Shown here piece by piece: positions 1 through 14,779 of a stretch of DNA of 64,000 bases. The notes under the pieces were generated by a model. It had not been told where the DNA came from and made no database searches. It worked only from the letters and a program-made list of their open reading frames with translations. Origin of the DNA: Octopus vulgaris. Lineage: Eukaryota. Both the position numbers and the translations under genes were made by a program. The stretch's first letter is position 1. Every line of letters begins with the position of its first letter. The DNA lies in contig OX597832.1 in assembly GCA_951406725.2 (NCBI GenBank), forward strand, positions 46,190,001-46,254,000. The letters are read 5' to 3'.

Positions 1-680
1 AATTCTTTAATGTTATATTGTATGTGGAAGGTTCCTTTTTTATGAAGCAATCCATTTGCAGAAATCTTCGGTTTATAATATTGCCCACCATTGCTACATT
101 ATTTAGATACGTAATTCTAAAATACGTAATTCTATTCAACTGAAAGTCTCATAGATTTATAATTTCTCATTGAATGTTTTTGAATTCAGTGACCATGTAT
201 ATTTTTTACTGCAGAGATGAAAGCCGAAGCGAAAATAGATAAAATCTTTATCTCTTCCATATTCCTACTGTATTTTTAATAATGGATAATGGATCTTCTA
301 TGTGTTATGTAGTTAACTTTTTTTTAATATAATCTGTTTAAATGTAATATTACATTAACTATCGTATAAAAAGGGATTCATATTCTTTCTTCATACAGGG
401 CAGCTTAAGGTTTCTCGTTTATTTTCTTGTAGGTCCTATTCATCTATCTAGATATCCACAATTATACTAGATACAATTTCCCCTTGCATCTACCCATTAA
501 TATATATGGTTCTTTTATCTGTCTGTAACTCGTAAAACGCGCGCACCAACGCACACACATGAACATTTATATATGTATACATGATGAAATACATTTGTAG
601 ATATGAATACATATGTACACATATACACATATCTACATATACTTACCATGCTATAAATCGGTAATAATTCTACATATATA

Positions 681-981
681 TCACCGTGATCACCGTGACC
701 GACCAGGCTATCAGATGGTCACAATGCGCTTCGCATTGTTTTTTTTTAGCCTTCAAATGACCCCACCCCGCTGGCTAAGGGAGCAGGCCAACAGAAGAAA
801 GAGTGAAAGAAAGTTGTGGCGAAAGAGTACAACAGGGATTGCCACAACTCTCTACTGGAGTCTCGTGGAGCTTTTAGGTGTTTCCACTCAATAAACACTG
901 ACAACGCCCGGTCTGGGAATCGAAACCGCGATCCTACGATCGTGAACACGCTGCCCTAACCACTGGGCCATTGCGCCTCCA
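681..981 (-). mobile_element. tRNA-derived SINE, family 1, tail type B
   Basis: Minus strand begins tggaggcgcaatggcccagtggttagggcagcg with A/B-box-like motifs (ggtttcgattccc) and ends gatagcctggtcggtcacggtga; homologous to 47043-47347 and 36946-37157. Confidence 0.9.
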
Positions 982-2631
982 CACACACACACATATTGAA
1001 ATTGCACTGCTAATGACTGAAATTATTGGGTTATCATGAGTGTTTATGTACAACGTATAGTGTATGTATTTTATATACGCGAGTTTTGATCAGAGAGATA
1101 TTCTCCTATTGTTAGTAGATGAAGCCTGGGAGGTCCTTCCTTTTGGTTTGCAATGTGATTGTGGTTAAATGTTTGCAAATGAGTAATGAGTGTTCACTTA
1201 GATGTAGCACGTGACATGTGTGTGTGTGTGTCATTTGTTTCAATAACTTGAGAAAGAGCTCCGTGTTGGTTTATTTAAAAAACTACATACATCAGCGATT
1301 GGTTACTACCAAATAATTGTTTTGTTCAGAAAAGGAATCTTTGATTCAGCGATGTCTTTTCGCCATCGCTGACTAACCTCAAAAAACAATGCTTTGTATA
1401 TGCGTTATATAATCAGCTTATTCGAGAAAACCATCCAGTGCAGAGGGATGAGTGTGACAAATGAGTTATGTTCAAGTGTACAGGATGTTGCAATAATTAG
1501 AAAATATAAGGTCTGCTTATGTCTAAATCAAAATGGAAGCGCATCATTCACAACCGATTGGTAACGAATAATTTGTTTCAGGGAATAATAACATGCGCTG
1601 TATCCGCTTGAATGGTTTTCGTGTTAGTGGGTGTCACGATTACAGCAAAGACTGTGCTTGTTGGTGTAGGCCAATCTTGATCAACTACCAGATGTATGGT
1701 TGTTATCACACGTTTTAAAGCCAGATAATTGAAGACAGAACGAATTTGAGATCATTTTAAATGTTGGTAAAAATAAATATGGCAGGGATACTGTTAGAAG
1801 TGGCAATATATTGGGTTCAGCAATGAAGGAGAAGGAGAATGCATGCCTAGATAACCGGAAGTTATTTAAGCCGTCAGTGATAACGTTGTACTGTGAGCTG
1901 AAATAATCCGTGTGTGGAAAGCAATTTATAGCGATGGACACTAGTGTTGGTCTAAGTGAATGAATAACTGAACGTGTTTTAAATCTTTTTCATCTGGTCC
2001 CGGTAGAATCATTTGGTTGTCTAATGTGTGAGGAAAGAGAAATACCATATACTAGTTAAATTTGACCGATTTATCGATCACTAGACATAGAACAGCTAAA
2101 CATCTGTAGCTTGATGTCGTTCTCAGAAATTTCTGAGCTTTATGTACAATAACATCAATAGATTTAAATGAGAAAAGCATGGAATATATTTAGTCCACTT
2201 ACAGCACGGAATTTCGAAGCTTACATGAATGATCTGGATGCATCATCTATCGGCCTGTATAGAACATAAATCACTATGGAAAGAAGGAAGCAACACTTCC
2301 GAGGGCATATCTATCTCCAGCATTGAATGTATATACATTATTTGCAATGGAGTGAATGTCACGTTAGGGTACCTGATGGTCGTCCTTAAGCAAGACAATG
2401 AATGCGGGCTGACGCAAGTTCACAAAAGCAAGGCAAATAGAAGAAAAAAAAAAAAGAACAAAGCAAATAAGTGGCATATTTTTTATGGAGGCACCAAAAT
2501 TAAATAATTCATCTTACTACCCCCAAGAACTTGGTTTCGTATGCAAAAGGTTTGACCAGCATCGCAAGAGGAACACACCCACACAGACACAGACACGCAA
2601 ACACACACATACTCATATATATATATATATA

Positions 2632-3014
2632 TGGAGGCGCAATGGCCCAGTGGTTAGGGCAGCGGACTCGCGGTCATAGGATCGCGGTTTCGATTCCCAG
2701 ACCGGGCGGTGTGAGTGTTTATTGAGCGAAAACACCTAAAGCTTCAGAAGGCTCCGGCAGGGGGTGGTGGTGATCCCTGCTGTACTCTTTCACCACAACT
2801 TTCTCTCACTCTTACTTCCTGTTTCCGTTGTACCTGTATTTCAAAGGGCCGGCCTTATCACTCTCTGTGTCACGCTGAATATCCCCGAGAACTACGTTAA
2901 GGGTACACGTGTCTGTGGAGTGCTCAGCCACTTACACGTTAATTTCACGATCAGGCTGTTCCGTTGATCGGATCAACCGGAACCCTCATCGTCGTAACCG
3001 ACGGAGTGCTTCCA
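2632..3014 (+). mobile_element. tRNA-derived SINE, family 1, tail type A
   Basis: Same tRNA-like head as the 681-981 copy; near-identical to 20427-20811; ends gtaaccgacggagtgcttcca. Confidence 0.9.
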
Positions 3015-3300
3015 CATATATATATATATATATATATACATCTATGACTATATACATATATATATGTGTGTGTGTGTGAGTGTGTGTGTCTGTATATATA
3101 TATGCTTTTGAATCTCTTTAACAATTCACAAGAATTACTTTTATTATTTTTATTCCTATCTCAGCTCGTTACTTTTCGTAAAAAGCTTTTCCTACTTTTT
3201 GATTTCCACTGTGCATTTTCGCATATTTTTCTTCTTACTTTCCCCTTACATTTCCACGTGTTGTTTCTATTTTCTTTTTGTAATATATTTCTATTCTGTG

Positions 3301-3353
<53 letters not shown>

Positions 3354-3354
<1 letters not shown>

Positions 3355-3566
3355 GGGGTAGAGTTCACGAAAAAAACAACAACAAAAGACGAAGACAAGT
3401 GGTATGGAAAACAAACAAATGTATTAGTATAACGCTCAGGAATTGAAAAAATCATTTACGTTTCGAGCCTACGCTCTTCTACATCTTCTACAGAAAGGAA
3501 CACAGAAAGAATCGAGGAGAGAAAACAAGGAAAGAAAAAATGTGTGTAGTGGCTAACGATCGGCGA

Positions 3567-3570
<4 letters not shown>
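3354..3570 (-). mobile_element. Penelope-like element 3' end with hammerhead-like motif (family A)
   Basis: Homologous to the 3' end of the GIY-YIG-bearing element at 28494-29715; contains gaagagcgtaggctcgaaacgta on the minus strand. Confidence 0.75.
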
Positions 3571-3597
<27 letters not shown>

Positions 3598-3816
3598 CGC
3601 CATGTTGATTCGCCATGCTGATTCGCTAGCTTATGCACGCATTTTTTTCTCTCCTTGTTTCTTTCCGTATTTCTTCTCTGTGTATCTTTCGGTTGAAGAG
3701 CGTAGGCTCGAAACGTAAAATACTTGTTTTATTTATATTCCTGAGCGCCATAATAATACACTTGTGTTTGTATTCCCCCTGCCTTCGTCTTTTGTTTATT
3801 TTCATAAAGCTTCCCG

Positions 3817-3819
<3 letters not shown>
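3598..3819 (+). mobile_element. Penelope-like element 3' end with hammerhead-like motif (family A)
   Basis: Close match to the reverse complement of 28494-28705; ends aagcttcccgtta directly into (TA)n. Confidence 0.8.
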
Positions 3820-3851
<32 letters not shown>

Positions 3852-3890
3852 TACATATATGTAGATGTACAAACACACATGTTTATACAT

Positions 3891-3938
<48 letters not shown>

Positions 3939-3974
3939 CTTTGTTTATATGAATGTATACACACAATCACATAC

Positions 3975-4024
<50 letters not shown>

Positions 4025-4060
4025 GTATGTGATTGTGTGTATACATTCATATAAACAAAG
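3939..4060. repeat. Perfect palindrome: 41-bp arms around an (AT)n core
   Basis: ctttgtttatatgaatgtatacacacaatcacatacacaaa (3939-3979) is the reverse complement of 4020-4060. Confidence 0.95.
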
Positions 4061-4089
4061 ATGTACGTTAAGCAGTATCTAAGCTGGCA

Positions 4090-4460
4090 TCTTCGAGCGA
4101 CTAACGTCTGATATACTCCGACCTCAAAGCCAACATCTCTTCGAACATCACATCAACTTACTTTCCGCTAAGTCAAGGACACTAACAGCGGCATTCTTCA
4201 AATATATGAAAACCATTTATATTAATAAAGATATTTAAGAGAAAAACCGGCAAACTGGACAAATTGTGTTTGTTTACAGAAGGCAAACGAATAAATTTTA
4301 CATGATGGGTTGCACAGTTGAAGTTTTCGTAATTAGTTTAAATAGCCTGAAGAGCCACCAGCAGTCTTCCAGCGCCGTATCTGGTCAATGCTCTGAAGAA
4401 GACTAATTTAATCATTTGGTTATTATTATATAACGTTTGGTCGAAATATTACCCAATTTC
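4090..4460 (+). mobile_element. Possible old Penelope-like 3' remnant
   Basis: Hammerhead-like ctgaaga-a-gacta...tggtc-gaaat at 4393-4447; LQIYE-like codons upstream weakly resemble a GIY-YIG C-terminus. Confidence 0.3.
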
Positions 4461-4754
4461 TAAATACATTATTGAACTGTTTTTGCTATGTCGAGTTATA
4501 TATCGTCTGGTGAGTTAAACTTTCAAAAGTTCGATATACTCACATCAAGGGGGAAATGTCTGTCACGATAATACGAGTAGTTCTGTTCAATTGAATTATA
4601 TACTTACTATTTCCTCTCCCTGCTAATCCCTCGCCTACATTAAACTTCTTTCCCTCTTCCTTTCTCTATCTCTCTCTCTTTCTTTCTGACACTTTTATTC
4701 TCTCCTTCTCTTTCGCCGCTCTTTCTATCAATATATGCATTTATAAGCTTGTAT

Positions 4755-5045
4755 TCTTTTATTCTTTTACTTGTTTCACTCATTTGACTGCGACCATGCT
4801 GGAGCACAGACTTAAAGGGGTTTTAGTCGAAGAAATCGATCCATGTACTTATTCTCTATTCTCTGTAAGCCTAGTACTTATTCCATCGGGGAACAAACAC
4901 AGACACAATGTGCTGTGTAGTAAGTAGCTTGATTACCAACCACATGGCTCCGGGTTCAGTCCCACTGTGTGGCACCTTGGGCAAGTGTCTTCTATTATAG
5001 CCTCGGGCCGACCAAAGCCATGTAAGTGCATTTGGTAGACGGAAC
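4755..5045. mobile_element. Family 2 SINE with internal inversion (3' half on minus, 5' half on plus)
   Basis: 4755-4908 is the reverse-complement tail and body (with a deletion); 4910-5045 is the head gctgtgtagtaagtagc...tttggtagacggaa on plus. Confidence 0.8.
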
Positions 5046-6254
5046 CAGCTACGAAAGAAAGACTTGAGGTGCAGCAGTAATACCATTATCGTATGATAAT
5101 TAGAGTATCCTAAAATCGCTAATTTGAAATGTGTCCTTTCATCTTGTGAAATTTAAAAACATTGTAATTTCATATTCCACCTTATGAACCCTATCTGGTA
5201 ATTCACATATATTTTGAAATGTGAATTTTGTAGGATCAGATACAATAGACATTAGACTCTTTCTATATTATGGAGTAATATTCGATCTTAATTTTCAGTA
5301 CGAATACGGACCGCGAAAAGATCCATCGATCCTTTCCGAACAGCGTCGAAAACCTATATCTGTAGATTAGATTAGAATTTTTGCATGAAAAACAGGTTTC
5401 TTTCACACGCATAAAATGGGTATTTAAACAAGAACATGTAGTTCTTTGTGTCAGGAAATAATGTAATTTCGTTTCTTGTTAAGTTTAAATAATATGTAGT
5501 ACACGCAAACGGCTGAGTGCTTTCATTTAGTAAATTTAAACGAAATAGTAATTTCATAATATGCCCTATAAATTTTTTCAGGTATTGACCAAACTATGCG
5601 TAGAACACTTAATATTTCCAGTGACTCCGATTGAAAGAATTTTAAAAAATTACATTCGAAAGTAAAGCTTATAGATCCTAGAATAAAGTCCATCTGATAT
5701 TAAGCTCTGCCTATTTTGTGTTGTAATAATTGTGAATTTATCAAATGCAGATTTGTCGATTCATCAAAAATTTTGCGATATAATCAAATTCGTTTTACTT
5801 GAGCGAAATGAGAGGTTTTTTTCGACAACAACGTGAAACCATTTGTGACAGGATGAAATATCATTTTGTAACTTGTTATATAGAAGTGACAAGTAGCACA
5901 TCACTGGAACAGATTTCGATTTCATATTCTATATGAAGTTAATTTAATGGCGCGCTACATGAATATGGGAAATTTAATGCTATTTTTGATACGGATATAG
6001 AATATAGAAACCAACCGTTTTAGAGGAAGACAGGATGGCGTCAGTCTAAGCATGAAATTATATATTTAATGATAGTGAAGAGATTTGTTAGCTTGGTTTC
6101 TGTTGAAATACGAGTAGGTTAAATTCTAGTTTAATCCTTTTGAAAATACACTGAAGATCACAGGGTAGCCATTTAGATATATACATATATACATACATGC
6201 ATGCATACGCACACACACAAACATATAATGTATGTATATGCATAAATTTATCTA

Positions 6255-6294
<40 letters not shown>

Positions 6295-6454
6295 TATATA
6301 CAAATATATGTTTTATACGTTTAATTTCATCGTTGTATTTCATAAAGATAACTACATAATGGAATGCGTACATACACATACTCCTATATACAAACACAGA
6401 CACATACACGCAAATATGTGTATATATATATATCCATATTTGTGTGTGTATGCT

Positions 6455-6487
<33 letters not shown>

Positions 6488-7337
6488 TCATACATATATA
6501 CACATACATATACAGCAAGCTCTAGATAGGGAATAGTGAAATGGCAGATTGATAAAATGAGGACGCTTCTTATTTTCAATAGAACAATTTTGAAAAATAT
6601 CATTTTTTGCTTTTCTAAATATAACTATAAAAACAACAAAACAAAAAGTCATCCAAGAGAGGATGGAATTTCTTTATATTTTTTTTCATTTGTAACGTAC
6701 CATGCATTCTACACCGAAAGCTTTTTTTTTTTTTTTTTTGAGAAAATATCATTTGAAGAAATATTTCGGTTTGAATTTATTGCCTATTAAATCTGCTTGT
6801 TTACGTTACCACCGTAAATGAATTCAACAGATAGATTTCGACACAAATATACAAACACAAATATTTCATAGAATATTTTGGACTTCAGTGAACATACAAT
6901 TTTTTTTTTTTACATCAGTTTTTAAATGGAGGAGCAAAGAAAAATGAAATAATATTTCACTGCATTTTCTTACCCTGTTTAACAATAGATTTTTCTACGT
7001 GTCATATGATTAATTTTCTTATTCATGTCATCGATTTCAATCTAATGTTGCATTAAGCAATTTTATAAATGTTAACATTTTTTCCTTTCATTTTTAAGTA
7101 CAGTTTAATGTTTTGCATTTATATTCATGTAAATTCTGTTTATCTATCAACCCATACGTCCGTGTATTCTTCCTATCTATCTTTGCATCTTGTATCTATC
7201 CATTTATGTAAATTAGATTCTTGTAACTGTCCATTTTCATATCTATTTTGTGCGTCCATACTTGCTACCTATATACGCACCCCACGCTATACACCAACGC
7301 AAGTACACATGCACACACACACGTGCAAAAACACTTG

Positions 7338-7680
<343 letters not shown>

Positions 7681-8049
7681 ATTTTAGACATATGGAATCT
7701 AATACGCTGGAGCTTGACTTTCATTCCATCATTCCATGATGTCTTAAATAGTTCTAGATTTCAAATTTCTCTGCATAATATTTCGTCTAAGGCTAGACGT
7801 GCCTTACCCAAAATGCTCTTCCTAAATACCTTAATTGGCTTACAGGGAAGAACACAATGTACCCGGTCACTCGATGCCATTAAAAGAGCAATGACTGTGC
7901 TGCCCGCTAACCTTTCTCGAGTGCAGCTGACTTATGCCATATTTAAGATAGCACAGTACTCGGCATCCATCAACTTCACGAAGAAAACCACTTCCCATTC
8001 CATAACAAATCTCTGTACTCTCCGTATGTGCGAGTGTTTGAAACAAATT

Positions 8050-8780
8050 TGAAAGGAACCAGACTATTGCCGATACATGTGGAGCCCCTTAGATTAGGCT
8101 ACCGTCAGACAGAATGGGTGTAGAGAAGCATAAATAGATGAGTTCCAAAGATGATGTTACAGAGAACAAGGTACCTAGTATTATTTCGAATTTACACCAT
8201 CTGTAAAGAGATGTGACTAAATTCAGTGAACATCTTACATATAAGTCTCTAGCAAACCCATCATCGGATGTACTGCTGAAAGCCACAGTATATTATTCTC
8301 ATTTAAGTTAAAGCTCCCATAATCGTATACAACGATGATGTAGGATTTTTTGAAGCGTTTTCTTTGAGGACCCTATCCAGATATCGCAAAAAAAAAGAGA
8401 AGCGCCCTCCTTGTCTATGGAGATTAGAATAAGTTCGGATGCATATGAACAGAAATGTTGAGTTATGCAAGATGTATAGGCAAAGGGCCCCGCGTATGTG
8501 ATTCAAGCAGGACAAATGTGGCAGTATAGAATCTTAAGTAATATTTGTGGCCAGCATGTGCAGCACCTATATATCCCTCGTATTTCCAGAATATATCATC
8601 TTGACAGGCGTAAATCAAGGACCCACTTCATGAATCAGATTTAAAATTCCCATGACAAAATATATTTGCCACCAATGACGTGCTAGGTCTATGCAATATA
8701 ATATAGGACTTGACGTTGATCAGATTTACAGATCCCGAATGCATTCGATAATAGATTGCTATGAATAAGAAAATCAAATT
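8050..8780 (-). pseudogene. Highly degenerate Penelope-type reverse transcriptase remnant
   Basis: Minus-strand peptides in the expected order: SLVANIF (8658-8678), IYACQDDIFW (8586-8615), CLNH, GRFSFF..LD, NPTSSLY, R..CS. These resemble PLE RT motifs; many stops and frameshifts. Confidence 0.4.
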
Positions 8781-10260
8781 AAAAATGAAGGAAATCGAGG
8801 AGAAAACGTAGAAGATTTGTGTCGAAGTATCGAGTAAATAATGGCATTAGAAAGGCTGATTTTACGATAATTACAGTTGCAAAATTTAATATGAAGTAAA
8901 CTAGAGCTCAACAATGGTTCTCTTTCTCACATATACAAGATGACATTTGTCACACAATATTACGGGTATTGCGAAACGCATTTTAACTGTAAATTCACTG
9001 ACGCCATCAGCATTCTAAACCACTGAAACAAGTAACAACAGAGAATTATGGTCCTGTAATAATCCAGCGGTTCACTTTCTGAAAATGGATGACTACCAGG
9101 ATTGCACCATGTCATGATAGCAGATATAAACACGGATGGTCGTAATTCAATATTTTTCGTAAGTTTATCAAAGTTATGAGTAAAAAATGTGATGCAATAC
9201 CTGGCGATATATCTTCTGAAGAAAGGCGACTTACGACTCTGCCATAGTTACGAAGCCAGTAATTTGATCAGACACCCAACGAAATTACAGCTGAGAGGAC
9301 TTCTAAACAGCTTTTGGCAGAAAGCAGAAGAAATGTTTGTAGAAGGGCAAAGAAGATTCAGACCTTAAAATGCAGGAAATATATGAAATCTCGCAAATAA
9401 CGGTGCACTAAATATTAAGAAACATCTGACGGAACGGTGAATTCATTTGTAGCTTCTTAGCTATCGTCAGCATCGTGTAAATCCAAGATATACAACTCCT
9501 GAAACTAATCTGAAAGTATTCGTTTCCTTATAATGAATCCATATCAAACTCTAACTGAAGCTAAAAATTCATTCACCTTTCCACCAGAGGGCGTCACGAG
9601 ATGATTGTTGGCTTTTTATCGCCTAGTACCTACAGCGAGATTTTTCTCAACAGTACCTCTCACAGGGAAATTTTTCTCTACAGTAAACAGCAGTGAATAC
9701 TGCATTTGTGTATATCAAATATGTCTGAAACATATTTGATCTGATCTAAATATTTGTTTACCCCCAACATTGTTTTCTCATCCCAACAACGATATTTTTT
9801 CAGCCTAGTCCGGCGTCGGAGGTAACTTGTTCATATTTTGATACTGGTTTACTATCAGGAAACGAAGGGTTCCAGAATAACTCTACAAATTCAGTCAACC
9901 ATCCCGACGGATGGCGTCTTAAAATGAATGACTGTTGGAGTTTTTGTTTTAACACCTATTAGGAGACCTTATTCTTCAAAGGCAAAAGAGCAGTGCAGCT
10001 CAAATATATCTGAAACATATTTGTAATGATCAAAATATATTTACAGTCACACAAATTTCAAATGTAGAAACTGATTTTCGGTTATTATTATAGTACTTCT
10101 TATGAATATATATAAAAAAAAACATTTATTCAGTTTTAAAAAAAAATGGAATTCGATGTTTATGCAATCGTGGTTTAATGACGAATACACGATGAACCAA
10201 AATTTCAAATCAAAAGTTACTCTTTACCATTTCCTCATAAATATTTGCGCACGCACGCAT

Positions 10261-10292
<32 letters not shown>

Positions 10293-10382
10293 GCATTTCT
10301 TGTGTGCGTGTATATGTGTGAGCGCGCGTAGTGCGTGTACATCCATGTATATGAAAATGTATATTTATGATTATGTGCATAA

Positions 10383-10422
<40 letters not shown>

Positions 10423-10439
10423 ATATATATGTATGTATA

Positions 10440-10477
<38 letters not shown>

Positions 10478-10496
10478 TACATGTATATATATATAT

Positions 10497-10548
<52 letters not shown>

Positions 10549-10617
10549 ATATATTTATATATATATATGTATATATATTTATATATATATATGACTAAAT
10601 AATTATAAGCATATGTA

Positions 10618-10660
<43 letters not shown>

Positions 10661-11556
10661 TAGACGCATAAGTATATATGTATGTATGTATATATGCATA
10701 TATATATTTATACACACTTATACGCATAGACCCACACGTACGTAATTAAAGTTATGGCATCTCATCTCTAAATATTCACAAAAATAGTTAAAAAAGAAAC
10801 AGATGAACGTTCTAAAGATGATGAAAGTAAGTATTCATGTTAGAATAAGGAGTGTTTCAATAGAAACTAGATATAGATTATTCAATTCCGTACATTTTTG
10901 TAATCGATAGACGAATAATTAAAGTAGTGGCACATATAACTCGTGTATATCGTCTGGAAATAGAGAGGGGGGGATGATGTTTGAGCGGGGTTCAAAGATT
11001 CTGGGGGAATTTTCGCGACAGTATGTTCTGTCTGTGAGGAAAATGGTGCTAGTTTAATAGGAACAAAGCGTATTTGTGCTTGTGCGTGTGCGCGCGCATA
11101 CCCACATACGTCTCTGTGCGCGTATGTCTGTGTGTGTATGTGCGTCTGTGTGTCAATATACTTACATATTTATATTTATGCATACACATACACACATACA
11201 CACACATATATATATATATGTAAGTATGTGTGTGTGTATCTGTGTATTATATATATACACATATATATATATATATATATGGATATATTTCTAAACACAG
11301 ACGTATAAACACACACACATACATTCATACATGTATATTTGTGTGTCTCTATGCGTGTGTCTGAGTGTCTATGTGTCAGTATATATACTTATATTTATAT
11401 ACGCATGTTTTATTATATTTATATACGTGTGTGTATATAGTATATATATACATATACATATTTATATATATATATATATTCATATATATATATATCATAT
11501 TAATATGCATCTAAACACTTATAAATACATCCCCTATAACACACACATATACACAC

Positions 11557-11617
<61 letters not shown>

Positions 11618-11843
11618 CATTTCCTGTGTGAATGGGGACAGAGTGATCAAAAAGAGATAGAGAGAGAGAAAGAGAGAGAGAGAGAGAGGCTGACACAAAG
11701 AAAGAGTAGGAGAAAGACGGCGGAAAATTGAAAGAATACTAGAGATACATTTTGTTCCATAAAAAACAATTTAAGTCCGCTTACAACGAGTACATAAAAA
11801 AAATCACGTTTGTATGGTTATATACGTGGCGAGTGTGTCAATG

Positions 11844-11928
<85 letters not shown>

Positions 11929-12202
11929 GAGAGAAGTGAGCGTGAGAGTGCGTATGATCGATCAGAATGCACAAGCCACAAATTCATTACTTTGAGCTCT
12001 ATCATTAGAGGCTTGCATATATATTTATAGCTTGAACTGAAAAGAGCAAGCAGACGTCAACTAGACACATAGGCTCTTCAGAAAAGGAGAGCGTTTGTTG
12101 TTCTTTTATATTTTATGCTCCTTTTATCACAGCAGTTAACATATCAATTCAAATAGATGTACTTGGTGTATACGTATATATAAGTTGAATTATATGTGTG
12201 TT

Positions 12203-12246
<44 letters not shown>

Positions 12247-12665
12247 CTATATATATATCTATGTATATATATATATATATATAAATGTATATATGTATGT
12301 ATACACACATATATGTATATGTATATATATATATTCATAAATATAGATACATATACACACATATATTCAGTATACTATTATATATAAGTTTAATATTTAT
12401 ATATATGTATATATATATATATATGTATATATGTATATGTATGTATATATAAGAACGTATGTGTGTATATGTGTATGCCTCCACATACACATATATACAC
12501 ATATTCGTTCATATGTGTATGCATTAAATATGTCTGTCTTGCGCGTAGGCGTTACTGTGTAGATATAATTGTGTATGTAGTGTACGGGCATGTAGCTCTG
12601 TCTATGTGCGTGCATACATACACAGAGATATAGCATATGTATATACTTATATATAAGTATATATA

Positions 12666-12709
<44 letters not shown>

Positions 12710-12710
12710 T

Positions 12711-12777
<67 letters not shown>

Positions 12778-14254
12778 CACATATACATACCTGCATATTT
12801 AGCATGTATATGTGTGTATTTATGTATTTATGTGTGCATGAAACGCCATGAACCAGACCTAAATATGGAACCGTTTACTTCAGTACTTTCCTACTAAATC
12901 GGTTTTCATATTTTCTGCTTTCTTTCAGAATATATGCTATAGAAAACACCTAAATGGATTCGTGTAAATTCTTTACATGAAGAGAACACAGTTATACTAG
13001 TTCGAAAGAGAACTTTTATCCACTAGACATAACCGCTTTCTAATTTTAGTGAATGTATTTTCTATGCTATCTTTCGCTTTAAAAATATCGATTCATGAAA
13101 ATGTGATTATAGAGCACTTTTAAAGGAAACACCAACATGCAATTGTCGTCATCACCGTCATCATCATCATCATCGTCACCATCATCATCGGTTATTTATA
13201 TCGACTAATAATAAAGTCCATAGGGCTGACGTGCATGTACCTTAGTCGCAGAGTAAGTGCACAACTCCTTTCGTCAAAGAGTGTTACGGGACTTCAGTGA
13301 CTTCAAAACCGTCGATCATTTCTGAATATATATTTATGCAATGTCGTATCGATCAACGCGTATATGTTCTTGGATTGATAGAGCAGGTGCCGCTGTCAAA
13401 ATCTGAGGAGCGTTTTGTTAACATGCTCCGGTTCTTCTACCAATGGGATTACTACAGAATGTGCTTTCTTTCTCCTATGAATCTACGAACGACAATCGGA
13501 AGGGTCACCCAACCACCGTTATAAGACCTGTTCTTCTTCATTAAATTTCTAAATTCTAAATCACTTTCGAAAGCGAAGATAGTATAAGTGGAAAGTAAAG
13601 AGTTTGATTTCATATAAGGATCACATATCCATCTAGTTTATTTTTTTACAATTCTCACTTGGTGTCAATATACAGACGCATTTGTGTTACGAGGATGCAT
13701 TGGAAAATTATTCACTGTGGGCCCGTTGTACAACCCGAAAAATATGCAACCCGTATTCAGTACAGGCCAGCAAGCAGTCGAATAATGTGTAGTGTACACA
13801 TGCAATAATTCTCCTTCACTAGAGCAGGCGAGACATGCTTTATCAATGGCGGTGTCCTATATACTTTGTAGCCTGCACATGGCACTCATTAATAGCACAG
13901 CCAGGCAATATATATCCTGTAAATGCATTATAAGTCACGATCTCGTATGTCTCGTATGTCTGTATTTCTCGGCGTGCCAGAAACCCCCAGTCTATGTTAT
14001 TGTCGTTCACTTTCTTCACTACCCCCATTAAAATGTGTAAGAGTAATTTTACCTGATCTCCATTATTCAGCATTTAATGGATGCTGGTCATCATGTCATA
14101 TGCCTTATATTACAATGTTTTCGTGACGTCAGTATGGGACTAAGCTTAAGGTTTTTATATGCAGTATGTGAAGCGCACTTTTTTCAGGCAAGTACAAAAT
14201 TGATAAAGTTATTTGCTGTGACAAGCGCATTGCAAGTACCTTAGCTTCAGGTTT

Positions 14255-14740
<486 letters not shown>

Positions 14741-14779
14741 CTAAGTAAAATAAGTTAGGAATGAGAACTGAAGTTCTAA

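Noticed and set aside
1020-2000. Possible old retroelement coding remnant
   Set aside because: Only an isolated C-x-x-C-like peptide; not enough ordered motifs to support a call
2632-2705. tRNA gene
   Set aside because: The tRNA-like head is fused to a repeated SINE body in five copies and lacks a proper acceptor stem
5170-5640. Cluster of possible small plus-strand exons
   Set aside because: Acceptor-like sites are common in AT-rich DNA; donors are weak and frames hit stops
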